From: a virus
Length of the DNA: 64,000 nt
Virus record (IMG/VR): IMGVR_UViG_3300024312_000003
Span: 96,001-160,000 of that record
Strand: one strand, 5' to 3'
Within the stretch, counting starts at the first letter, position 1. Every line of letters starts with the position of its first letter. Under the pieces are notes generated by a model. It searched no databases. It had not been told where the DNA came from and saw only the letters and a list, made by a program, of their open reading frames with translations. Position numbers and translations under genes: made by a program. Shown here one piece after another: positions 36,548-46,519 of this stretch.

Positions 36548-37036
36548 TTACAACTCTGTTTTAAATCCGTACTTAACAATGGACTCAATCAGATATTGAC
36601 TTGAGTCTGGTTCAAAATACATGTTCTTTCTATCAAAGATTAAACACTGATTAGAACCTCTATCGTGAGCGACTAAATCTAGAAACAAAAATACATCCTC
36701 ACCATTTGAGGTAAGAATCCATTTCATGTCATCATGTTTATTTGTCTTGTCGCGAATGAGTCCAGTAATGGGTCTTTCTCTTAGTTTCCTACAGTAATTC
36801 TTATAAATTACCAAACTGACACAATGATTTTCAAGATAATCAGATGCCACCTGACCAGCATTGTTATAAATCTTGTTGTAAGATATACTGTTTGCGTTTA
36901 ACTTATTCCAAATATGATTAAACGCAACTCTGCTCATTTCTTTCAAAAGTGTTCTGACTGAGTCAGTTCTCTCGATGCTTCTTAGAAAAAGAAGATATTG
37001 TCGAAGCGTAACGTCTTGGTAATTTTGAACAATCAT
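36548..37036 (-). CDS. Hypothetical protein
   Basis: 162-aa ORF. Confidence 0.6.
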   Translation of the reverse strand: MIVQNYQDVTLRQYLLFLRSIERTDSVRTLLKEMSRVAFNHIWNKLNANSISYNKIYNNAGQVASDYLENHCVSLVIYKNYCRKLRERPITGLIRDKTNKHDDMKWILTSNGEDVFLFLDLVAHDRGSNQCLIFDRKNMYFEPDSSQYLIESIVKYGFKTEL

Positions 37037-37037
37037 T

Positions 37038-37532
37038 TTATTTATGTTTAATTGTAATCTTTTTATCTTTAAGCCAATTTGGAATATTTATTTTCTCTAC
37101 AGTTAGATACTTTATTTTAGTTTTATCGGTTTTCCATTCAGTCTTGATGTTGTTTACATCATTGTTATTTTTAATCCACTTATCTGAATCATTAAAAACA
37201 ATTGTGTATACATATACTTCTAGTTTATGTAAATCTTCTAAACTAAAAGATGTATTACTTGTAAGTATATCTATCACATTCTCGTCTAAAGATATTTTAT
37301 CAAGAGTGTGCTTATGTTCTATAGAACTTGCAAATCCTAAGGATATTGCTTCTTGCCTACTGGAGGTGGCGTATAGAAACAAATTACTCTCACCATCATC
37401 CCACTCTACTAATTCTTTAGAACGATAATAACCCGGCATCAGTTCCTCATGATGAAATGATGATCCGTGAAATAAATACTTAGGATTGGTATTATCAATA
37501 CCGTTTGGGTGAGTTATGTTTAAATGTTTCAT
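37038..37532 (-). CDS. Hypothetical protein, possible ADP-ribosyltransferase-like fold
   Basis: YLFHGS...LYATSS pattern; probable start MKHLNIT. Confidence 0.45.
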   Translation of the reverse strand: MKHLNITHPNGIDNTNPKYLFHGSSFHHEELMPGYYRSKELVEWDDGESNLFLYATSSRQEAISLGFASSIEHKHTLDKISLDENVIDILTSNTSFSLEDLHKLEVYVYTIVFNDSDKWIKNNNDVNNIKTEWKTDKTKIKYLTVEKINIPNWLKDKKITIKHK

Positions 37533-37602
37533 AATTACAAAAAAAAAAATCCTATACACAACATAAGACAGAGGGACCATCCCTCTGTCTTATGTCTTTC
37601 AA

Positions 37603-38328
37603 TTATTTCTTATTGCTAGAAATGTCAGTACTATTAATCTCAATCTTAGCAGCACCAGCTCGTGCTTTGATGATGTTAATACCTTCCGATTCCAAACCCG
37701 CTGCTCGATAAACCTTCACAGCAGTAACAACATCTACCGCTTCTTGAGTTTGAGGCGAGGGATCAATCACCAAAGTAATGTCTTGTAGATTAATTCCTTT
37801 TTCCTTCAGTTTGTCGCGAGCTTCTTTAAAAAGGAAATCTTCAGAATCTTCCACAGTTACATCAGTGATATCCTTATCATCAGAGTATTCCGTATAAATA
37901 CCGCGAATAAGTTTATCGATGAGAAGGTTCTCCGCCATCTCATATTTACCTGCTACATCATCAGCGCTGATTTCAAGACTACCGCCAGCTTTACCAAGAT
38001 ACTTAGCGTATTTGATATATGCAATCGGGTTCTCAATTTCGTAAACATACGAAACTCGAATGATTGCTGTGACTTTGTCTTTGAAAGGAGATTTAAATGA
38101 AACATCGCCAGTCATTGCAAAAGCAGGTAGCGCGACATTGTACTTACAGACCTGTCCTTTTGCTGTTGAGACAGATTTACCTGTATCAATCTTAGTCCAA
38201 GTTGCACCACAGTCATTTGTAGTGATAACGTGGATGTTTGCCGGCGCATAAGAGCAAGCCTGAATTGCGATTGTAAAAATGCTCAGCAGCAGAAGCTTAA
38301 TGTAGTTTTTCACGTTAATTACTTTCAT
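37603..38328 (-). CDS. Lipoprotein, probably SPFH/band-7-like
   Basis: Lipobox AIQAC after a hydrophobic stretch; beta-rich then helical domain (EKGINLQDITLVIDPSPQTQEAVD). Start is 38328 or GTG at 38313. Confidence 0.55.
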   Translation of the reverse strand: MKVINVKNYIKLLLLSIFTIAIQACSYAPANIHVITTNDCGATWTKIDTGKSVSTAKGQVCKYNVALPAFAMTGDVSFKSPFKDKVTAIIRVSYVYEIENPIAYIKYAKYLGKAGGSLEISADDVAGKYEMAENLLIDKLIRGIYTEYSDDKDITDVTVEDSEDFLFKEARDKLKEKGINLQDITLVIDPSPQTQEAVDVVTAVKVYRAAGLESEGINIIKARAGAAKIEINSTDISSNKK

Positions 38329-38599
38329 TAGAAATTTGTTGTTGAATTTGTTGAATGTTTTTCTTAATAGAATTTCTATATTCTCTAAGTTTGAGGAAAA
38401 CAAACTTATAAACGATTAGAACAAATCCTTGAATACCGGTCATTAGAAAAATACCCATGACAGACATGCTTTCCCAAGCAGATGTCTTGAAAATATGCAT
38501 AACGCCATAAGCGTTTAACATAATGACCAATGCGAGTGATAAAAACATCCACTCATTCAGAGTCAAAACTAACTTTTCAATTTTTAATCGTTCATTCAT
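38315..38599 (-). CDS. Two-TM membrane protein
   Basis: Two hydrophobic helices; abuts the lipoprotein gene. Confidence 0.6.
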   Translation of the reverse strand: MNERLKIEKLVLTLNEWMFLSLALVIMLNAYGVMHIFKTSAWESMSVMGIFLMTGIQGFVLIVYKFVFLKLREYRNSIKKNIQQIQQQISNESN

Positions 38600-38647
38600 G
38601 ATTGTTGCGTGAGTTATTTGATTGGTTGATGATTTTAAAGATTTTGG

Positions 38648-38926
38648 TTAGTCTCTAAGTTTATATTCGCTTATGAGTTGTGATATTCTTCCAGCAGAAA
38701 GATTTAATTTTTTAGCAATATCGTTTTGCGATATTCCAAGAACTAAACATTTTCTTATAAAAAGATACTTTAATTGTCTTACTGATTCTTGCAATAATTT
38801 CAAGTTTTCAACAAAATGCTCATCGCTGTTATTTTGTTGTAATTCAATCAATGCTTCTTTCAACAACTCTATCGATTCCTGAAGGATGTCTTTAGAAACA
38901 TTGACTTCAACCTTATTTAATTGCAT
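38648..38926 (-). CDS. Small protein with C-terminal HTH
   Basis: GISQNDIAKKLNLSAGRISQLI. Confidence 0.7.
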   Translation of the reverse strand: MQLNKVEVNVSKDILQESIELLKEALIELQQNNSDEHFVENLKLLQESVRQLKYLFIRKCLVLGISQNDIAKKLNLSAGRISQLISEYKLRD

Positions 38927-38979
38927 AAAAGTTTCTCACAAAAAGAAAAGGGAGTTACCTCCCTTTTCTAGTCTAAGAA

Positions 38980-40011
38980 TTACTTCTTAGACTTTGGTGC
39001 GATTGTTGAGGTGTATCGAGTAAATCCAAAAGACTCAGTCGGGTTCTTGATTTCATTCCAACCGGGCTGAGGAGCAATCTTCCAATCCGAACCACCCTCT
39101 TGCAACTTATCTAGATTGCGAGTCATACATGCTTGAAGAGCACTGACCTTTTTACCCAATTCGCCAGTTTGTTTAAACGGACGAGTAACCAGCATGCTAG
39201 GGGCAGCCAGGAAAGGGTTATTGATCACACCCATGTTGCTGTAGTTCTTGCGAACCAAAACGTACGGCGCAGAGGGTTGCAGGTCATACGGAACCAAGGC
39301 AAAACCAGAGCGAGAATTGAACGACATGATCTTACCGTTCGGATAACCCGAGATAGTCATGTATGCGTCAACCTTGTTATCCTTGACCAACTGTTGAGCT
39401 TGTTCGTCTTTATCGACGTCAACAAACTTCATACCGTAGGCCAGAGACCGCTCTAGCATAGGACCGACAATCCGAGCAGAACCCACCAGTGCAATTGTTT
39501 TGCCTTTTAGTTCGGAGAACTTTGTGATTTGGCTACGAACAATTTGAGTCTTGGTGTCGCCTTTGACGAGCCCCATGAATTTGTCTTCACCCTTTACGGC
39601 CACGGATGTCTCACGACCACCTGCCTTGACCACAATGTGAACCAAGTTGTAATTCAGAGGAAACACCGACTGAAGATTCGCAATTGCATCGTCGGTGTTT
39701 CGAAGAGTCGTCAAGATGTCAACCGTAGCCATCCCGATGTCTGCTTGATTTTGAGCAAGCAGATTTACAGTGGTGAACGATCCATCAGTCTCAACTGGAC
39801 AAAGATTGACTTCATCAGAGCAGACTTGATTGATATCTCGCAGAAGATTTGAAAAGCCTTTACCCTTTTCACCAGCTGCAATTCGAAGATCGCACTTGCG
39901 AGCTTCTTGCAATTCATCTGAAGCTTGAGCGTAAGGCGTCGCGCAGACAACAACAGCCATGGCGAGGACCTTACCAAAGATCCAGCCGAAATAACGATTT
40001 TTCATTTTCAT
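38980..40011 (-). CDS. TAXI-family TRAP solute-binding-like periplasmic protein
   Basis: Signal peptide, LRIAAGEKGKG, ETDGS..VNLL..NQADIGMATVD, LVHIVV, LKGKTIALVGS, VDAYMTISGYP. Confidence 0.7.
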   Translation of the reverse strand: MKMKNRYFGWIFGKVLAMAVVVCATPYAQASDELQEARKCDLRIAAGEKGKGFSNLLRDINQVCSDEVNLCPVETDGSFTTVNLLAQNQADIGMATVDILTTLRNTDDAIANLQSVFPLNYNLVHIVVKAGGRETSVAVKGEDKFMGLVKGDTKTQIVRSQITKFSELKGKTIALVGSARIVGPMLERSLAYGMKFVDVDKDEQAQQLVKDNKVDAYMTISGYPNGKIMSFNSRSGFALVPYDLQPSAPYVLVRKNYSNMGVINNPFLAAPSMLVTRPFKQTGELGKKVSALQACMTRNLDKLQEGGSDWKIAPQPGWNEIKNPTESFGFTRYTSTIAPKSKK

Positions 40012-40032
40012 TTCCTTTTAAAGTTAAGTATG

Positions 40033-40254
40033 TTAAGGCAGATTGAGTTGTTTGTTGGGTTGACCAACCGCAGGATCTGCTTGCGTGGGAACTTCTACGT
40101 TATCCTGTTGTACTTCTTGAATGCCGCTTGGTTCGGATTTCTCACCCGAAGAAACAGCAAATGCAACAATGATACCGATGATGAAAAATGCGGTGACGAC
40201 CGCATTAACAATACTGATAAACTTAGAGTTTCCAGTTTGCTCTTTGTTTTCCAT
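40033..40254 (-). CDS. Small single-TM protein
   Basis: Abuts the upstream stop; one TM segment. Confidence 0.7.
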   Translation of the reverse strand: MENKEQTGNSKFISIVNAVVTAFFIIGIIVAFAVSSGEKSEPSGIQEVQQDNVEVPTQADPAVGQPNKQLNLP

Positions 40255-41043
40255 TTAAGACACCTTCGTTTTAGAAATGACAGATTGTCCGGAGATAGAG
40301 GAAGAAGGATTGTTTTCAAGACTAGGGGTTACTTCCTCTACCATACCCATGTCTAGATTTTTAACACCAAAATTTGTAGCTGTAAAAGCTGCTTCGAGTT
40401 CTGCAAAACTTTGATTATACTGAATCGAAATTTCATCAGAAGCGGTGTTGTCAAGGAGCATATCGGTGACTGCATCGCCTTGAGTTTTACGAATTGCTTC
40501 GCGAGTGGTTCGTGAAGCTTGAGCCCAGCTGTAGCGGAAACGCTCGTGTTCAATGTGTTTGAGATATTCTTCTTGCTTCTTTGCAAAATCAGCAAGTTGA
40601 ATTCGCTTCATCTCAATGCCGCGCTCCATGAGTTCGAGATCTTTGAAGAGATCAAGCAGATCTTCACCTGTCTTCTTCTTTCGATTCTCAAGCATCTCAC
40701 GCATGCGGCGAGTGCTGGCAATCAAATTAGTAAGTTCTTGATTGCGAAGCTCATAGATTTGTTCGCCTCGACGATACATGTTTTCTTTTTGAGCAATTGG
40801 ATTCTTTCGAGCTTCTGCTTTTTGAAGTTCCAATACTTCATTATCAAGTTTTTGCATGAACCATGGAATGAGTTTCCACATTCCAAACAATGCCGCAATT
40901 GCAACTGCCAGAACGTTCAATGCAATGACTCCGGATGCTGCGAGCCATAGAACTTTACTGAGAATTGCCAGTACTGCAATTGCGGCAGCGATTGTTCCAT
41001 ACTTAACACCCTGTGGTGTTTTTAGAAAGTCAAAGATTTTCAC
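40255..41043 (-). CDS. Membrane-anchored coiled-coil protein (PspA-like architecture)
   Basis: Two N-terminal TM helices then a long heptad region; GTG start with RBS AAGGAAAC. Confidence 0.65.
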   Translation of the reverse strand: MKIFDFLKTPQGVKYGTIAAAIAVLAILSKVLWLAASGVIALNVLAVAIAALFGMWKLIPWFMQKLDNEVLELQKAEARKNPIAQKENMYRRGEQIYELRNQELTNLIASTRRMREMLENRKKKTGEDLLDLFKDLELMERGIEMKRIQLADFAKKQEEYLKHIEHERFRYSWAQASRTTREAIRKTQGDAVTDMLLDNTASDEISIQYNQSFAELEAAFTATNFGVKNLDMGMVEEVTPSLENNPSSSISGQSVISKTKVS

Positions 41044-41082
41044 TTAGTTTCCTTTATTAAACTTAATACAACAAAATCAGAA

Positions 41083-41289
41083 TTAATGAACGATGGTTCC
41101 GCGTTCTTGAAGATATTCGTCGATTCTCTTTTTCAATTCATCAACTGTACACTCGCCATCCATTGGTTCAGAATAATGTTCCGAATATAGGACATTTGCC
41201 GTACAATTTACACTCAACGATATTTTCACATTTTCAAATTGAAAGATATCGTCTTCGATTTCTTTCTTAGAATATGTTTTATCACTCAT
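41083..41289 (-). CDS. Hypothetical protein
   Basis: Overlaps the upstream stop. Confidence 0.55.
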   Translation of the reverse strand: MSDKTYSKKEIEDDIFQFENVKISLSVNCTANVLYSEHYSEPMDGECTVDELKKRIDEYLQERGTIVH

Positions 41290-41659
41290 CTAACTCTCCA
41301 AGAAGTTTAGTAATGTATTGGGTTGTTGGAAGAACGCAATCTTCCATTATTTGTTCATATTGAGCAAATAGAGCTAAGTGATAACTCTTATCAATCTTGT
41401 TCATTCTGAGAAAACAGATGAACAACTCGGAGGCGTCATCCGTATAAATTGGTACTTCTCTCTGAAACACCATTACCGGAGGATCTTCATTGGTTGGAGC
41501 TTTAGCATACATTTCCGAACATTCAGTCATGCGATGAGAAAGCTTTACCAATTGCCAATTACAAAGGAATGTGAAGTGTCGACTAAGTTGGGATTTAAAA
41601 TAGTCCCTCATGAAGCTTTTGATTTTGATATCTGCTTCATTCATTTCTCTATTAGACAT
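41282..41659 (-). CDS. Hypothetical protein
   Basis: RBS AAGGG, behind a TATATCAC motif at 41711-41718. Confidence 0.6.
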   Translation of the reverse strand: MSNREMNEADIKIKSFMRDYFKSQLSRHFTFLCNWQLVKLSHRMTECSEMYAKAPTNEDPPVMVFQREVPIYTDDASELFICFLRMNKIDKSYHLALFAQYEQIMEDCVLPTTQYITKLLGELDE

Positions 41660-41726
41660 GATTGCCCTTATTTAAATAAATGAGAAACTGACGCCAGTCA
41701 TTACACTTCAGTGATATATGCTTAAA

Positions 41727-42074
41727 TTATTTTTGATTCAGTAAAATGTTTAAAGAATGTTTTACTGAATTAAGATATCTAGCCTTAGCTTCTTGATTTA
41801 ATTCATTACTCTTGGAGATATCTTTATACAACTGATCCAACACCAATACATGATCTTTTAATTCTTGAGGAAGTGAATTAAAGATGGTAACTTGATGATC
41901 TATCTCATTGATAAGGGTATCTATTGGATTTTCTGGACCTAACGGGAATCCTCTAGTAACTTGCAATTCTCTAATAAGATGCGATGGACCGTTTATAGCT
42001 GTTAATACCTGAATCAACGCTCCACGACTAACAACAATGTGTTTTCTAGAAAAATCAGATTCTGGATTATTCAC
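41727..42074 (-). CDS. Hypothetical protein
   Basis: GTG start with RBS AAGGA. Confidence 0.6.
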   Translation of the reverse strand: MNNPESDFSRKHIVVSRGALIQVLTAINGPSHLIRELQVTRGFPLGPENPIDTLINEIDHQVTIFNSLPQELKDHVLVLDQLYKDISKSNELNQEAKARYLNSVKHSLNILLNQK

Positions 42075-42245
42075 GATTCATCCTTATGTACTGCGTTTGA
42101 TGCAATTGGTATGATGCTCGCTTGTCTTTTTCAACGAATCAAAATAAGAAGAATAATGTATTGCTTCTTTAATAAGTTCTTTGGACATATTCATTCTGGT
42201 AGGTTAATCTATCTGATTTGGTAAACTAGTAAATAACAACTAATT

Positions 42246-42680
42246 ATGACAAATCCTAATCTTCAAAAAACAGAACTTGAAAACTTTATTGATTTAATCA
42301 ATCTTTGTTCACAAGTAACATTTACTCAACAACACATTCAATTAAGCATACCTCAAGGACTTGCCGTCATTGAGGGGCGTTTTGAGAATACATATATAAC
42401 TATAACCGCAACACCACAGTCTCCAATACAAGGAGATAAGTTGGTCAAATACAGAAGAATTGATTTATCTACTGATTTTGGATCTATTCAATCCACATTT
42501 ACATATCCGACAGGTACTCCAGCATCAACAATTGTTAACGATGTAAAGAATCTATACGGAATACTACCCGATTCAAATATTCTGTCTGAATCAATAACTC
42601 AAAATAGATTCAAGATCAAAGCCGATCCTCTGAGTCTCATTTATACTGGCGAAAAAGAACTATACATTAACTACGTCTAA
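42246..42680 (+). CDS. phiKZ-like virion structural protein family member
   Basis: NTYITITA.....G.K.VKYRRIDL....IKADPLSLIYTG pattern, related to 55316..55855; family recognised from memory only. Confidence 0.55.
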   Translation: MTNPNLQKTELENFIDLINLCSQVTFTQQHIQLSIPQGLAVIEGRFENTYITITATPQSPIQGDKLVKYRRIDLSTDFGSIQSTFTYPTGTPASTIVNDVKNLYGILPDSNILSESITQNRFKIKADPLSLIYTGEKELYINYV

Positions 42681-42730
42681 AGACAAAAAAAAATGTATTA
42701 GCAGAATAAGGGGGGCATAGCCCCCTCTTG

Positions 42731-43234
42731 TCAAAAGCCTAAAAGATGATCGTAAAAAGTTTCGATATTTTCGTGTTTTTCGAGAATGGCATCGCCGTTC
42801 CCAGTGAAGCTGTGGAATTGATATGGAAGGTAGCGGCCCACGAGTCTCATCCTGTATTGCTCTACTTTATCATAAATCATTAGGCATGCTGTTTCCAGTA
42901 TGATTCCTGATTCGATATTGTTGACTCTTCCGATATCATAAGACCATTGAAGTCTTGCAATCTCGTCCGAGGTTTGTTCGATCAATTTCTTTATCCTCTG
43001 TACTGCAATCAATCGATCAACAATGCAATCGAAAAATTGAGATACAAAAGGAGCCACATCGCTAATAGACCCTTTATCATAAGGTGTGTTTCTACTAGGA
43101 TTGGTTTCGTCTAACGAAAAGACAAACGATGTAATTATCTTATTGATTTCCTGACCGCAAGGAACAATGAAGTAACGAGGCATTTGATTGAACAAATGTA
43201 ATTCCTCAGTAGAAAGAAACTGATCGATGTACAT
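42731..43234 (-). CDS. Hypothetical protein
   Basis: 167 aa, convergent with the 42246 gene at a shared hairpin (42709-42728). Confidence 0.65.
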   Translation of the reverse strand: MYIDQFLSTEELHLFNQMPRYFIVPCGQEINKIITSFVFSLDETNPSRNTPYDKGSISDVAPFVSQFFDCIVDRLIAVQRIKKLIEQTSDEIARLQWSYDIGRVNNIESGIILETACLMIYDKVEQYRMRLVGRYLPYQFHSFTGNGDAILEKHENIETFYDHLLGF

Positions 43235-43325
43235 AAGACCTTAGTAGTCCTGTTATACTGATTATGTAATATGTATTTGTTATTTTTTTCATTACAGCAT
43301 AAAGAGGGGAATTCCCCTCTTTATG

Positions 43326-43982
43326 TCACAATGCTTCAGCTTCACGCCAGTCTACTTTGACAGATAACTGCCATGTACCAGCAGCATCCATTGCAACAGG
43401 GTTTCTTATTGTTAAGTATTGATCGGCATTCAAAACCAATTCAGAACATTCGGTTGCGCTGAATTCAAACACTTGTTCAAGATAGTTACCCGCTGTTCCA
43501 ACATGAGCTAAAGATATGGTTGCTACAGGCTCTGACTCAAGGACCGCACTAGTTAACGTCAGTGCACCAGTTGTTGCTAATCTAACATCACCACCATTTG
43601 ACGGATCACAAACTGAGTTTGCAGAAATAGAGGTGTCTTTCTTACTTACTGCACCAGACGCAACACCGGTACCGCCGGAGCTAGCCGTTATTGATGATCC
43701 TCTATGAATTGTCAGTCGTCTACCGGCAGTTAGTGCTGTGGTAAATGTAACTAAGCAAGTATACTGGATTCTAATTCTATCTATGTATACTTTTTTGGTA
43801 ACGCCAGTACCTGACCGCATTACAAATAGGTTTGATCCCACAGCCAAAGCTGCAGCTATAGTTCCTGTTGTTCCTGAGTAAACATATCCGTCACCTCTTG
43901 GAACTATAACTGATCTTAATGCTTTTAAAGAACTCTCTATTTTTAAAGGTGTCGATGTAAGTGCATCTTCTATTACAGCCAT
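43326..43982 (-). CDS. Putative virion structural protein (beta-sandwich, Thr/Ala/Gly-rich)
   Basis: Composition and position in the fibre cluster. Confidence 0.55.
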   Translation of the reverse strand: MAVIEDALTSTPLKIESSLKALRSVIVPRGDGYVYSGTTGTIAAALAVGSNLFVMRSGTGVTKKVYIDRIRIQYTCLVTFTTALTAGRRLTIHRGSSITASSGGTGVASGAVSKKDTSISANSVCDPSNGGDVRLATTGALTLTSAVLESEPVATISLAHVGTAGNYLEQVFEFSATECSELVLNADQYLTIRNPVAMDAAGTWQLSVKVDWREAEAL

Positions 43983-45026
43983 TTAACTTCCTTTCACGAT
44001 TAATGATATTCCTGATATTGCTGTACCGTCTGGACTGGTTATGTATGGATCGTAGTTTCCTATCGATGTAACTTGTTTACCAACAGCAATAATTTGATCC
44101 ACCTGACCATTACCGTCGTTGAAACCTTCAATCTTTGGCCACTCTGGATCAATAGTCATAATGACTGAACTACTGTACCATCCAAAGAAACCAATAACCA
44201 AAGCATTGGTCGTAGTGGTTGATGGATTATCGATTGTTTTCACACCAGCGCCACTGCTGGTCATTTCCGAATAGATGGAAGGATTATCAAAAGGAGTTAC
44301 TTGGTTGTGATTTTTAATCACAACAACTACCAATGATGAGAATCTGTCCTGATCAAATTTTATTCGTCTTGTAGCAGAATTTCTATTTGATATACTGTAA
44401 AAAGCATTAAACAGAAAATCATTACCCAAATTATGACTAGATGGCATAACTTTAGTAAAGGTTTGACCATCGGTATAACTACCATCATCGGAATCTCTTA
44501 CAGTCATTCCGCCTTCGCCATTGATGACGTTATATTTAGCAGCATACGCCAATATTAGATCACCAGAAGCGATGTCTGTCAATACTACCTCAGGATAAAC
44601 ATCCCAATCACCAGAAACACTAGATTTACCTGTTTTGTAAACAACAGGTAAAGAACCAGAAGGTTGAGTTGGTGCTTTAGTTACTTTATAACTTAAATTA
44701 AAGTAACCTTTTTGTAAATATGGAGAATTCCAATAAACATGAATCTCACCCGTCCTAGCAATTGCCGTAAAAGTAACAGGACCCATTAATTCATATTCAT
44801 CCGGATTTGTGCCTTTATCGGTATATGGTCCGGGCATTGGAACTATATCGATTCTATCACCGATTGCAACTGTGTTATCTGTTATTGTTATTTTTCCAGA
44901 TTTCCTAGCTGTTGAGCTAAGTATTACCTGCACATCGGTGTAGGTTGTTGAGGCACCCGAACCCCCACTACTATCGAAAGCTCCAATACTGTTTCTTACA
45001 ATATTACTAAGTGCCTCAATTGCCAT
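43983..45026 (-). CDS. Putative fibre/receptor-binding subunit
   Basis: C-terminal domain clearly homologous to that of 47499..49901 ([14 protein letters not shown]). Confidence 0.6.
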   Translation of the reverse strand: MAIEALSNIVRNSIGAFDSSGGSGASTTYTDVQVILSSTARKSGKITITDNTVAIGDRIDIVPMPGPYTDKGTNPDEYELMGPVTFTAIARTGEIHVYWNSPYLQKGYFNLSYKVTKAPTQPSGSLPVVYKTGKSSVSGDWDVYPEVVLTDIASGDLILAYAAKYNVINGEGGMTVRDSDDGSYTDGQTFTKVMPSSHNLGNDFLFNAFYSISNRNSATRRIKFDQDRFSSLVVVVIKNHNQVTPFDNPSIYSEMTSSGAGVKTIDNPSTTTTNALVIGFFGWYSSSVIMTIDPEWPKIEGFNDGNGQVDQIIAVGKQVTSIGNYDPYITSPDGTAISGISLIVKGS

Positions 45027-45036
45027 TTTTTAACCT

Positions 45037-45828
45037 TTAATCAGTGATCTTAACTCTCAATGCATTGTTTCCTGGAGCAGCATCCACAACAATGCGAATC
45101 ATGTTTACTGTAGGTCTTTGTATTTCTACCAGAACCTCATCATAATTACCAGAGTTTCTGTAAACAGTTACATCAACATCTCTTGTATTGAGATTATGAG
45201 TTATGTCGTAAGAAGTAGTTGTGGTATCTCCAAAAGTTTGAGTAAACTTTCGAGAAGCAAACTTAGAGGCAGATAAAGTAGACGGAGTGATTGCTTTGTT
45301 AGCGTTCGTGCCTGTATCTACTTCAGCCAGAGTGGCTAATTGAATCTTACCTTCAACAGAGGTCGATGCCGGAGGAACGCTTGATCCGAAAGAAGTCCAA
45401 GTAATGGGATCTGTTCCAACAACGGCAACTGTTGCTGACTGTCTGTAAGCGGTGCCTGCGCTTGTACCTAATTCAACAGGAACGACGGCTTGGGTCAAAT
45501 CATCTGCCGAATTAGCGTCTAGTGCTCTGGTCATTGCGGTCGAAGGACCGTTCCAGATATAAATGCCGTTTTCAGAAGTAGTTGTTTGATTAGGTAAGAG
45601 AACTCTATCGTTTACAGACATAGCTTGTCCGTCAATAGATGCTCCTGGACTGGAAATATTGATATTATTAGGTGCTGCTACCTTTACGGTATCTTTCCAA
45701 GCAAGACCCTCAATAGCTTGTCTTAACTGCGCAATGGTTGCTGGTTCTTGAGGATCAACACCGTCAGGCAGTCCTATAATTCTAGCAACATTATTAAAAT
45801 TAAGTGAACGTAAGACGTCTAAACTCAT
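45037..45828 (-). CDS. Putative fibre/decoration protein
   Basis: WKDTVKVAAPNNINIS..IDG..NDRVLLPNQTTTSENGIYIWNG module, GKIQLATLAEV repeat, ITHNLNTRDV C-terminal module typical of phage fibre proteins. Confidence 0.65.
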   Translation of the reverse strand: MSLDVLRSLNFNNVARIIGLPDGVDPQEPATIAQLRQAIEGLAWKDTVKVAAPNNINISSPGASIDGQAMSVNDRVLLPNQTTTSENGIYIWNGPSTAMTRALDANSADDLTQAVVPVELGTSAGTAYRQSATVAVVGTDPITWTSFGSSVPPASTSVEGKIQLATLAEVDTGTNANKAITPSTLSASKFASRKFTQTFGDTTTTSYDITHNLNTRDVDVTVYRNSGNYDEVLVEIQRPTVNMIRIVVDAAPGNNALRVKITD

Positions 45829-45843
45829 GATTATTCCTTGTGA

Positions 45844-46443
45844 TTATGAACATATAACTCTACCTTGCATTGGTGTATCGAAATATATAAAGAAATGATT
45901 AACAGTTGTGTTAACGATTTCCGCCATCATCTCTTTACCACCAACTGACAATATAGTTACGTTTGGATTTCGCCCTAAATTGTGATTTATGCTCCATGTA
46001 TCTGAAGCTGTATTTATGATGAACTCAATGGGTTGTGGAATTAATCCAGGCTCACCCTGAGGACCTGCAGGTCCGGTATCACCTTGATCACCTTTAGGTC
46101 CAATCGGACCCTGAATACCCTGAGGACCTGCAGGTCCCATTAAACCATCTGATCCCGCAGGTCCTCTTGTACCTTGTAAACCCTGAGGACCTTGTATGCC
46201 TTGCGGACCTTGGATACCCTGGGGTCCAGCGGGACCTTGTGGTCCTTGAGGACCTTTTAAAGATTCTAACCATTCATCCTCAGTACCTATGAATCCATTA
46301 ACCTTGGCTATCTCATAAGCATTAAGAACAAGAAATCTAAGTTGTTCAATGGTTAATTTTTTATTTGTACCACCTTGTACAATTTCCAGTAGCTCACTAC
46401 CAGATATACTAGTGGCTTGCTGCATTGTAGAAATCTTAGACAT
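45844..46443 (-). CDS. Collagen-like fibre protein A
   Basis: MSKISTM N-module, [23 protein letters not shown] repeat, Gly-X-Y run, W.I.HNLGRNP C-module. Confidence 0.85.
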   Translation of the reverse strand: MSKISTMQQATSISGSELLEIVQGGTNKKLTIEQLRFLVLNAYEIAKVNGFIGTEDEWLESLKGPQGPQGPAGPQGIQGPQGIQGPQGLQGTRGPAGSDGLMGPAGPQGIQGPIGPKGDQGDTGPAGPQGEPGLIPQPIEFIINTASDTWSINHNLGRNPNVTILSVGGKEMMAEIVNTTVNHFFIYFDTPMQGRVICS

Positions 46444-46519
46444 AGCGGCAACTTTACTTTAATATAACATATGATTCATTATTAAACAGCATAAAGAGGA
46501 TGTTAATCCTCTTTATGCT

